From the NCBI GenBank assembly GCA_036822015.1, contig DAISIL010000002.1, forward strand, positions 11,268 to 75,267: a stretch of 64,000 nucleotides of DNA, written 5' to 3'. Position 1 is the stretch's first letter; each line of letters begins with the position of its first letter. The notes under the pieces were generated by a model that saw only the letters and a list, made by a program, of their open reading frames with translations, ran no database searches and had not been told where the DNA came from. Of this stretch, positions 17,243 through 25,121 are shown piece by piece. Position numbers and translations under genes: made by a program. This stretch comes from Bernardetiaceae bacterium. Its GTDB lineage: Bacteria; Bacteroidota; Bacteroidia; Cytophagales; Bernardetiaceae.

Positions 17243-18139
17243 TTAGCTCGTTTGGCTGATGTGGAGGGCGTGCTGATCGGGGTAGGGCTGGTAAGGCAAA
17301 ATCAAGACCTCACCCACGCGCCCAAAACTCCCCTGCCCTAGTCCTGGGCAGTTGTGCCGCAAGACACAGGACAAAATTACAGATTTTTGATCGTTTATGC
17401 ACCAAAAATGATGCGTGGCCGTCTTGCCTTCGGCGATATAAAACGAAACGCCCAGATGTCCTGGCCACTCCATATACTCGACACCCCAGCAGATCGTCTT
17501 TTGGTACGCCGCAAAAAAGCCCTCAAAGTCAGCAAAATACTGGTCTTTGGGTTGGTAAAGTGTTGGGAGTTCAAGGGTTCTTGCGTGATGAAGCGTTTGT
17601 GGGGGAGCGTTGTGGGGTTCTCCATCCGAAAGCCTGATGTGCTGGATGAGCGTGCGCCCTTCGATCGCCAGGGCCACCTGGATACTGTCTGCGTGCAGGG
17701 CTTGGAGTTGTGCCGAAGGAAGCCTCCAGGCTTTTTCCTGTGTGGGGATATCGTAGGCAATCAGGCCATCGGGTATTGGCAGAGATGCACCGGACTTGTA
17801 GCCATAAAGCAAGAGACGATCTCCGACAAAGGCCACCAACTCGTAATGCAATCCTTGATCCTGGGGTTGTATCCAGATCACTTCCTGGGGGGGCGTTAAG
17901 GCAAAAACACCCACTTGATCGCCTACACAAGCGGCAAGCCTTTGCCCAAAGGGATCGGGCAAGAACTGATGGGCGGCCGTGGGTAGGGGATAGATCAGCG
18001 AACGCGGGTCAGTCAAACTTCTTTTCGATAAGGCTATAAAACTCCTGGACTTCGCTGTTGCCCAAATCCCAGTCGTATTTGTAGAAATACTTTTCTCGGA
18101 TGTACATAATGGCATCGTGGTAGTTGGCGCAGTGGTCAA
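17243..18139 (-). CDS. Hypothetical protein (start uncertain; overlaps the upstream gene by >100 nt as tracked)
   Basis: Long ORF with plausible globular composition. The tracked start lies 130 nt inside the previous gene in another frame, so the true start is probably a downstream non-ATG codon. Confidence 0.35.
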   Translation of the reverse strand: MTTAPTTTMPLCTSEKSISTNTTGIWATAKSRSFIALSKRSLTDPRSLIYPLPTAAHQFLPDPFGQRLAACVGDQVGVFALTPPQEVIWIQPQDQGLHYELVAFVGDRLLLYGYKSGASLPIPDGLIAYDIPTQEKAWRLPSAQLQALHADSIQVALAIEGRTLIQHIRLSDGEPHNAPPQTLHHARTLELPTLYQPKDQYFADFEGFFAAYQKTICWGVEYMEWPGHLGVSFYIAEGKTATHHFWCINDQKSVILSCVLRHNCPGLGQGSFGRVGEVLILPYQPYPDQHALHISQTS

Positions 18140-19073
18140 TTTTATCTACGACTTCATCGAACACGTGTTGCTCCCCCTTGAAGAGTTCTTGAATGAAGGC
18201 CATCTTCCGCCCTACGGGGATGAGTTCTTCGATGCTCTTGCCCGGATGGCGTTGTTGGCGTTCGAGAACGGTAGGCTGAGGAGGGGTCTGCTCGAGGATG
18301 CGCTCATGCACCGTTTTGGTTTCTGGGGGAGGGCTTACCGTTTCGAGTACCGATGTAGGCTCGGGTTCAGGTGCAGGTGGGGGTGCGGGCGGGGTAGCCG
18401 CTCGGGGTCGCTCGCGTTCGGTGTTTGGCTCTTCGGGTTTGGCCACGAGGTCTTGGAGGCGAAGGGCGTGTACCTGATGGAGTTGGCGCAAGGCGGGTTT
18501 GGGGTCATCGTACTCGAGGTTTTCTTTGATGATATCCTGCACGGCTTGCATTGCCTGGCTAACTTCTACGGTTTGGTCAGCATCGGCCAGGATGGTAAAG
18601 CGTTCGGTGAGCTTGGTCAGGAGCTTTTGGTGGGTTTTGAGGTATCTGGAAAGGGGCTTAAAGTCCTCTTCGAGGCGGAAGCGCGTACCTAATTTTTCTA
18701 TTTCTTGCTCATAAAAAACGGCCGGGGCCAGGAGTAGGCGCAGGGTATCTTCGGTGGAGGCAATCAAGAGCGGCTCAAAATATACCCGCTTGATGCTGAT
18801 GTTGCGGGAGAGCAGGTTCATCAGTTTTTCGAGGGCCTCCTTGATGGCGGGTTCTTCGTAACTGAAATAAGGGCTTTTGATGGCCTCAGTCTCCTCCTGC
18901 CATCGCTCAAAGAGATTCTTAATAATCAGTAAGTTGAGTTGTTTGTTGGGCGTGATTTGCATGATCTGCTCGCCTTTTACTTCGCTGTGTTGGGCATAAT
19001 GCGCATCACAAATCGTTTGGGCAAACTGCTCGGCATAATCTGTTACCGCGATCTGATTGAGTTTTCCGGCCAT
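18009..19073 (-). CDS. Hypothetical protein with a central Pro-rich linker (PPAPPPAPEPEP)
   Basis: 354-aa ORF with no recognisable catalytic motif. First gene of a co-directional run ending in the Y_Y_Y sensor. Confidence 0.45.
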   Translation of the reverse strand: MAGKLNQIAVTDYAEQFAQTICDAHYAQHSEVKGEQIMQITPNKQLNLLIIKNLFERWQEETEAIKSPYFSYEEPAIKEALEKLMNLLSRNISIKRVYFEPLLIASTEDTLRLLLAPAVFYEQEIEKLGTRFRLEEDFKPLSRYLKTHQKLLTKLTERFTILADADQTVEVSQAMQAVQDIIKENLEYDDPKPALRQLHQVHALRLQDLVAKPEEPNTERERPRAATPPAPPPAPEPEPTSVLETVSPPPETKTVHERILEQTPPQPTVLERQQRHPGKSIEELIPVGRKMAFIQELFKGEQHVFDEVVDKIDHCANYHDAIMYIREKYFYKYDWDLGNSEVQEFYSLIEKKFD

Positions 19074-19181
19074 GGGTCAGGAGAAGTTATTTTTTTATTT
19101 GACGTAAAATACAAACATTTTTGCGTTCTATACAACAAAACAAAAGGTTTTCTTTACACCTAATCAAAATATTTGCCAGAT

Positions 19182-19526
19182 ATGCCTACTTTATGCCTCA
19201 AGAACTGGTCCGGGCGATGTATTTCCTTGCCCGACACCCGCGAAACCCTCCTGGCGGCCATCCACCGCGAACGCCTCGACTGGATGCACCTCTGCGGTGG
19301 GCGCGGACGCTGTGTAACCTGCCGCATCCAGATTATCGAAGGGATGGAGCACCTAAGCCCCCTAACGGCTCCCGAAGAGCGATTCCGCAAACTCGATGCC
19401 TTGCGTCCCGACGAACGCCTGACCTGCCAGGCCACCTGCCTCAACAAAGACCTCCAGGCACGCATCGAAGCCCGTACTCCCAAAGCTACCCAGCTTCCGC
19501 ACATGACTTACCCCGAGGTAGATTAA
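19182..19526 (+). CDS. 2Fe-2S ferredoxin-like iron-sulfur cluster-binding domain protein
   Basis: Cys pattern CGGRGRCVTCRIQII...C fits plant-type [2Fe-2S] binding. ATG at 19182 preferred over the tracked TTG at 19173. Confidence 0.55.
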   Translation: MPTLCLKNWSGRCISLPDTRETLLAAIHRERLDWMHLCGGRGRCVTCRIQIIEGMEHLSPLTAPEERFRKLDALRPDERLTCQATCLNKDLQARIEARTPKATQLPHMTYPEVD

Positions 19527-19610
19527 AGAAGTTTAAAAAACTCCAATCATCAAGAATATGACCGACTTTTGATGTTATCTGATGAATCACAAAACAAAGT
19601 AACATCTACC

Positions 19611-20285
19611 ATGCACTCATCCAAACTTTTTGTGTATTTTCTTTTGATAAGCCTGGCGCTCAACTTTTTATCCTCTTGTAAGTCCGTCAATAACACCACT
19701 AAGGGAGCAGTCATTGGCGGATCGGCCGGAGGTGTCCTCGGAGGAGTAATCGCCCGAAAAAATCCCGCCGTAGGGGTCATTGTGGGGGCAGCCGTAGGAG
19801 GAACAGCCGGCGCGGTCATTGGGCGTTACATGGATAAGCAAGCCAAAAAAATTGAAGACGAAGTAGAAGGCGTGGAGGTCAAGCGCGTAGAAGAAGGCAT
19901 CGACCTTACCTTTGATTCGGGCATCCTTTTCGGATTCGATTCCTTTGCCCTGCAAGGCGAAGCCCAAAAAAACGTCGTCAAGCTCGCCCAAATCCTTAAC
20001 GAGTACGCTGATACCCAAATCACCATTCAGGGACACACCGACGATGTGGGATCGGATAAGTACAACCGCACCCTCTCCGAAAAACGCGCCAATGCCGTCC
20101 GTCAGTACCTCCTCAACAATGGCGTAGCTAGCAGCCGGATCCGCACCGAAGGCTACGGCCCCAGCGCACCCATTGCCGACAACGCCACCCCCGAAGGCCG
20201 ACAAAAAAACCGACGGGTAGAGATCGTCATCGTCGCTAACGAAGAACTCAAACGCAAAGCCGAAAGCGGCCAAATCAAAGAGTAA
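19611..20285 (+). CDS. OmpA-family lipoprotein with N-terminal glycine-zipper segment
   Basis: Lipobox LSSC. Gly-zipper GAVIGGSAGGVLGGVIA...GAAVGGTAGAVIG. OmpA C-domain motifs TIQGHTDDVGSDKYNRTLSEKRANAV...NRRVEI. Confidence 0.75.
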   Translation: MHSSKLFVYFLLISLALNFLSSCKSVNNTTKGAVIGGSAGGVLGGVIARKNPAVGVIVGAAVGGTAGAVIGRYMDKQAKKIEDEVEGVEVKRVEEGIDLTFDSGILFGFDSFALQGEAQKNVVKLAQILNEYADTQITIQGHTDDVGSDKYNRTLSEKRANAVRQYLLNNGVASSRIRTEGYGPSAPIADNATPEGRQKNRRVEIVIVANEELKRKAESGQIKE

Positions 20286-22043
20286 ATGTTTGCCGATATT
20301 CGGACGGTATTCTCGGAGCGGGAGCGACGCTTACTACTCTTTTTACTTTTTGGTATCACTGGGCTGGGTATCCTGGAGTCCCTGAGCGTGGGCTTACTGA
20401 TTCCCCTCATTGATACCTTTGTCTCGCCCCAAAAGATCGAGACCAGCTCTCTGCTCCACGGCCTCTATTTGCGCCTGGATGCCCAAAGTCCTGCCCAGTT
20501 TATGGGACGGCTCTCCCTGGCTGTCATCGTTTTTTTTGTACTAAAACTCGTCTATGCTCTATGGATGGTGCGCCTTCGGGCCAGGATTATCTCCGATATG
20601 GAAATACGCCTAAGCCATACGTTGCTTTCGGCATATTTGCACAAGCCCTACGTGTATCATTTGAGCCATAACTCTTCGATCTTATTTAAGAACGTCAGCA
20701 CGGAGGTCATCATCGTCTGCCAAAACTTCCTCAACAGCGGGATCAAGTTGCTCTCCGAAGCCGTGATTATTGCTTGTATGTTGCTGTTTCTGTTGGTGTA
20801 TCAGCCGTGGGTTACGCTGGTGATCGGTGTTGCTTTGGGCGGGATCGGTGGGTTGCTTTACCTGACGGTTCAGGTACAGATCAAACGCCTAAGTGCCGAG
20901 CGGGTCGCTCACCAGGGTGAGTTTTACAAAGCCGGACTGGAGGCCCTTGAAGGCGTAAAGGACGTACAGGTTTTTGCGGCTACGGATTATTTTCTGGGTC
21001 GCTACGACGATGCTTTTTCGCGTTGGTCAAAGATCGGGATCAGTTTTGCGCTCGGCAACCACCTGCCCCGTTATCTACTCGAGACGGTGCTTTTTGGGGC
21101 TTTTGTGGGCGTGATGGCCTGGAGCGTAACAGTCGGACAGCCCTCCGAATCCCTGATCGGGATCATGGCCATTATCGGGGCGGCAGCCGTTAAGATATTT
21201 CCTTCGATTGTCAATATCAGTCAGGGCATCTCTAATGTTCGCTTTTATATCAAAAACTTGTCGGTAGTAGCACAGGTGATTGAAGAACTGAAAGACAAGC
21301 CATCGCAAGGCATCTTATTTGTGCCGCTGTCTGTGGCTTCGGAGGCTGAGCTACGCCTGGAGGGGGTGAGTTTTACGTATCCCTCGGCCCACCGAAAAGC
21401 CCTGGATGGGATTTCGTTGGTGATTCCGTCTCGGCAGACGACGGCTTTTGTGGGCGAATCAGGGGCGGGCAAAAGCACGCTCATAGACCTCCTGACGGGC
21501 TTACTGCTGCCCCAGGAGGGCCGGCTTTATTGCGGCGATCAAGAGATTACGCCCCAAAATATCCATGACTATCGCCGCCGTGTGGGTTATGTTCCACAAC
21601 AGATTTTCTTGTACGACGAAACCCTGCTGCGCAATGTCGCCTTTGGTGTCCCGGAGGCAGAGATAGACACCCAGCGCGCCCTGGATGCCTTGCAGCAAGC
21701 ACAGCTCGGCCCCTGGCTCAAAGGCCTTCCCGAAGGACTACAAACACCCATCGGAGAAAAGGGCGTGCGCCTCTCGGGGGGGCAACGCCAGCGCGTAGGT
21801 ATCGCACGCGCACTCTATCGCCAACCCCAGATTTTGATTTTTGATGAGGCCACCTCTGCCCTGGACATCCAGACCGAAGCCGAGGTCAATCAAGCCATCA
21901 GTGCTTTGACCGGACACCTGACCGTGATCCTGGTGGCGCATCGTCCCGATACCATTCGTCAGGCCGAACTGATCTACAAACTCGCCGAAGGCAAGCTGGC
22001 GGGTGTAGGCAGCTATGCCGAAGTCATGGAAGGAAAGGCTTGA
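20286..22043 (+). CDS. ABC transporter permease/ATP-binding protein (type I exporter, MsbA-like)
   Basis: Six N-terminal TM helices. Walker A GESGAGKST, signature LSGGQRQRVGIARAL, Walker B ILIFDEATSALD. Confidence 0.85.
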   Translation: MFADIRTVFSERERRLLLFLLFGITGLGILESLSVGLLIPLIDTFVSPQKIETSSLLHGLYLRLDAQSPAQFMGRLSLAVIVFFVLKLVYALWMVRLRARIISDMEIRLSHTLLSAYLHKPYVYHLSHNSSILFKNVSTEVIIVCQNFLNSGIKLLSEAVIIACMLLFLLVYQPWVTLVIGVALGGIGGLLYLTVQVQIKRLSAERVAHQGEFYKAGLEALEGVKDVQVFAATDYFLGRYDDAFSRWSKIGISFALGNHLPRYLLETVLFGAFVGVMAWSVTVGQPSESLIGIMAIIGAAAVKIFPSIVNISQGISNVRFYIKNLSVVAQVIEELKDKPSQGILFVPLSVASEAELRLEGVSFTYPSAHRKALDGISLVIPSRQTTAFVGESGAGKSTLIDLLTGLLLPQEGRLYCGDQEITPQNIHDYRRRVGYVPQQIFLYDETLLRNVAFGVPEAEIDTQRALDALQQAQLGPWLKGLPEGLQTPIGEKGVRLSGGQRQRVGIARALYRQPQILIFDEATSALDIQTEAEVNQAISALTGHLTVILVAHRPDTIRQAELIYKLAEGKLAGVGSYAEVMEGKA

Positions 22044-22071
22044 CTTTCTGATGTTTAAAAACTTGAAAGGA

Positions 22072-23013
22072 CTAATGCACGCCAATATCGGCTAGGTAGC
22101 GTTCGGCATCCAGGGCGGCCATGCAGCCCGTACCGGCAGCCGTAACGGCCTGGCGATAGATTTTGTCCTGGGAGTCGCCTGCCGCAAAGACACCCTTGAT
22201 GTTGGTGTAAGTGCTGTCGGGTTTGGTGATCAGGTAGCCTTGCTCGTCCATATCCAGGATGCCTTTGAAGATACCCGTGTTGGGCTGATGCCCGATGGCA
22301 ACGAAGAAACCCTGGATGGGGATTTGGCGGGTGCTTCCGTTTTGGGTATCTCGGATGCGCATACCCTCGACTTCGTTTTCGCCCAGGATTTCATCGGTTT
22401 CGGTGTTCCAGAGGATTTCGATGTTGGCGGCCTTCTTGACGCGATCTTGCATGATCTGTGAGGCCCGCATTTGATCGCGGCGCACGAGCAGATAGACTTT
22501 TTTGCACATCTTGGAGAGATAGCTAGCCTCCTCACAGGCCGTATCGCCCCCCCCCACGACGGCGACTTCTTGTCCGCGAAAGAAAAATCCATCACAGACG
22601 GCACAAGCCGATACACCTTTGCCGTTCAGGCGTTGCTCCGATTCTAGCCCGAGCCACTTGGCCGATGCGCCAGTGGAGATGATGATGGCGTTGGCTGCCA
22701 GGGTGTGTGCGCCGTCGTCAATGACGGCCTGGTGTAGGTCTCCCGAAAAATCGACGGAGGTAATCATGCCATCGCGGATGTCTGTCCCGAATCGGGCGGC
22801 TTGTTTTTCAAAGTCGATCATCATCTGGGGGCCCATCACGCCATCGGGGTAGCCTGGGTAGTTTTCTACGTCGGAGGTGATGGTGAGTTGTCCGCCTGGT
22901 TGGTGGCCTTTGTAGAGAATGGGTTGAAGTCCGGCTCGGGCAGCATAGACGGCGGCGGTGTAGCCGGCGGGGCCGGATCCGATGATGAGACACTTGGTTG
23001 TTTCGGTAGCCAT
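22072..23013 (-). CDS. trxB: Thioredoxin-disulfide reductase
   Basis: FAD motif GSGPAGYTAAVYAAR, redox-active CAVC, NADPH motif VAVVGGGDTA, C-terminal GVFAAGD. Confidence 0.9.
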   Translation of the reverse strand: MATETTKCLIIGSGPAGYTAAVYAARAGLQPILYKGHQPGGQLTITSDVENYPGYPDGVMGPQMMIDFEKQAARFGTDIRDGMITSVDFSGDLHQAVIDDGAHTLAANAIIISTGASAKWLGLESEQRLNGKGVSACAVCDGFFFRGQEVAVVGGGDTACEEASYLSKMCKKVYLLVRRDQMRASQIMQDRVKKAANIEILWNTETDEILGENEVEGMRIRDTQNGSTRQIPIQGFFVAIGHQPNTGIFKGILDMDEQGYLITKPDSTYTNIKGVFAAGDSQDKIYRQAVTAAGTGCMAALDAERYLADIGVH

Positions 23014-23088
23014 AAAAAAGAAGGAAATGGGTTCAAATAAAAAAACGCTTGCTATGGACTAGGGTTTGGTACTTAACGTTTGTCTAAC

Positions 23089-23117
23089 AAAAAAAAGCCG
23101 CTTGGTAGGAGCGGCTT
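23089..23117 (-). terminator. Intrinsic terminator of the usp gene (8-bp stem AAGCCGCT/AGCGGCTT, 7-nt loop, followed on the minus strand by a T8 run)
   Basis: aaaaaaaa-gccgcttggtaggagcggctt read directly. On the minus strand the hairpin precedes TTTTTTTT. Confidence 0.5.
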
Positions 23118-23124
23118 CGATGGG

Positions 23125-23979
23125 CTAGTCTTCTTTGAGCTTGAAGGTCAGGATGGGTATTTCGGATTGATTGGTAACGTTTTCGGTGATGCTACCCATC
23201 AAGACGTGCATGAAACCCTTGCGTCCGTGGGTACTCATGGCGATCAAATCGGCTTTGTTCTCTTCGGCAAAGGTGAGGATGCCTTCTTCTTCGTTGTAGC
23301 TGTTGTAGGTATTGACGGTGAAGTCGGGCAGGTCGTGCTTTTCTGCAAAACGCTCCATGAGGGCGTAAGAAGTCGAGGAAATCTCGAAGTTGTTGGGGGT
23401 GATGATCTTGAGCAGATGCGCCGTAGAGCCAAACCAGACGTTCATTTGTTTGAGAAAGTTGGCGGCCTGCGTGTATTGGGCGGGCTTCTCGAAGTCGGCG
23501 GGAAAAATGACGTTGCGCGGCATAAAATCGGCATCGGTGCTTTTGATGACCAGGACAGGAACCGTTGCATTGCGGACGACTTTCTGGGTATTGGAGCCTA
23601 CGGTAACTTCTTTGATGCCCTTAGCTCCGTGAGACCCCATGACGATCATGTCCACGTCTTTATCGGCGATAAACTCAAAAATTTGTCGGCTCACCAGATC
23701 GAAGCATATCCCACCGTCGATTTCTACGGGGGCGTACTGCTCCATGCGATCTTTGATGTGTTGGCGGGCTTGGGCAAGCTGTTCCGTGGCTTGGATATGG
23801 TGAGGAGCTTCGCCATCAATGGCAATCACCTGTGTTTTCTCCGTATCGCTGGCCGGGGTCAGGATGTGCAGCAGATAGATGGCAGCGTCGCTTTGCTTGG
23901 CAATGGAAACGGCAGCGGCCAGGGCATTATCGGCACAATCGGAAAAATCAGTAGGGACAAGAATTTTTTTGATCTCCAT
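23125..23979 (-). CDS. Universal stress protein (tandem UspA domains)
   Basis: ILVPTDFSDCADNAL N-terminus. Two UspA-like halves each ending in a G-x2-G-x9-GS-like motif (MGSHGAKGIKEVTVGS, STHGRKGFMHVLMGS). Confidence 0.8.
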   Translation of the reverse strand: MEIKKILVPTDFSDCADNALAAAVSIAKQSDAAIYLLHILTPASDTEKTQVIAIDGEAPHHIQATEQLAQARQHIKDRMEQYAPVEIDGGICFDLVSRQIFEFIADKDVDMIVMGSHGAKGIKEVTVGSNTQKVVRNATVPVLVIKSTDADFMPRNVIFPADFEKPAQYTQAANFLKQMNVWFGSTAHLLKIITPNNFEISSTSYALMERFAEKHDLPDFTVNTYNSYNEEEGILTFAEENKADLIAMSTHGRKGFMHVLMGSITENVTNQSEIPILTFKLKED

Positions 23980-24097
23980 GATTTTGTTGGTGTTTGGGTG
24001 GTAATATTAGGTACAAATGTAACACAAAAAAGGGGATTTGTGGGATGATGAAAGGCACTTTGTTGGCTGACAAAAGTTACTTTTGAGACAAAATACC

Positions 24098-24105
24098 TAT
24101 TTTTG
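24098..24105 (+). promoter_or_regulatory. Candidate Bacteroidetes -7 promoter element (TAnnTTTG) upstream of the transketolase-subunit gene
   Basis: tatttttg at 24098-24105, about 45 nt upstream of the ATG at 24150. Confidence 0.25.
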
Positions 24106-24149
24106 TTTATCTTCTCATTCCATTCATCCCATATCTCTTCCCCTTGCTT

Positions 24150-25100
24150 ATGCGCACGTCTTATACGTTCACCGAAAAAAAAGATACCCGTTCTGGCTTT
24201 GGTGCCGGCCTGCTCGCCCTCGGTGAGCAAAATCCCGATGTGGTGGCCCTCTGTGCCGACCTGACGGGATCGCTCAAAATGGATGCCTTCCAAAAGGCAT
24301 TCCCCGAGCGGTTTTTTCAGGTGGGTATCGCCGAAGCCAACATGATGGGGCTGGCAGCGGGTATGGCCGTGGGGGGCAAGATTCCTTTCACGGGTACTTT
24401 TGCCAATTTCTCAACGGGGCGTGTCTATGACCAAATCCGTCAGTCCATCGCTTACTCGGGTACGAACGTCAAGATTTGTGCCTCTCATGCCGGACTTACC
24501 CTGGGTGAGGACGGCGCCACCCATCAAATCCTCGAGGATGTGGGCATGATGAGTATGCTTCCCCACATGCGCGTCATTTGCCCCTGCGACTACAACCAAA
24601 CCAAAGCCGCTACGCTGGCCATTGCGGCGCTAGACGGGCCGGTATATCTGCGTTTTGGCCGCCCGAAGGTTCCCAACTTCACGGCCCCTGACGCGCCTTT
24701 TGAGGTCGGTAAGGCACAATTATTGATCGAAGGAAGCGATCTAAGCATCTTTGCCACAGGGCATCTGGTCTGGGAAGCCCTAGAAGCCGCCGAAGAGTTG
24801 GCGCGTTTGGGTATCTCGGCAGAGGTCATCAACATTCATACGATCAAGCCCCTGGATGAAGCAGCCGTTTTGGCATCGGTGCAAAAGACCTCCCGCGCCC
24901 TGGTGGCCGAGGAGCATCAGATTCGCGGTGGACTCGGGAGCTATATCGCCCAGCTACTGGCTCAAAAGCATCCCGCTCCGATGGCTTTTGTGGGGGTCAA
25001 TGATTCCTTCGGTGAAAGCGGACAGCCCCACGAGCTGATGGCCAAATACGGACTTGATACAGCACACATCGTAGCAGCGGCACAACGGCTGCTCCATTAA
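24150..25100 (+). CDS. Transketolase family protein, C-terminal (pyrimidine-binding + C-terminal domain) subunit only
   Basis: FQVGIAEANMMGLAAGMAVGGKIPF, HAGLTLGEDGATHQ and CPCDYNQ are characteristic of the second subunit of split transketolases. No N-terminal subunit gene is adjacent. Confidence 0.8.
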   Translation: MRTSYTFTEKKDTRSGFGAGLLALGEQNPDVVALCADLTGSLKMDAFQKAFPERFFQVGIAEANMMGLAAGMAVGGKIPFTGTFANFSTGRVYDQIRQSIAYSGTNVKICASHAGLTLGEDGATHQILEDVGMMSMLPHMRVICPCDYNQTKAATLAIAALDGPVYLRFGRPKVPNFTAPDAPFEVGKAQLLIEGSDLSIFATGHLVWEALEAAEELARLGISAEVINIHTIKPLDEAAVLASVQKTSRALVAEEHQIRGGLGSYIAQLLAQKHPAPMAFVGVNDSFGESGQPHELMAKYGLDTAHIVAAAQRLLH

Positions 25101-25121
25101 GTAAGAAAAACAAAAACTGCT

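Noticed and set aside
23080-24048. 322-aa plus-strand ORF covering the usp locus
   Set aside because: Antisense shadow of the tandem-UspA gene. Low-complexity G/V/D-rich translation with no motifs.
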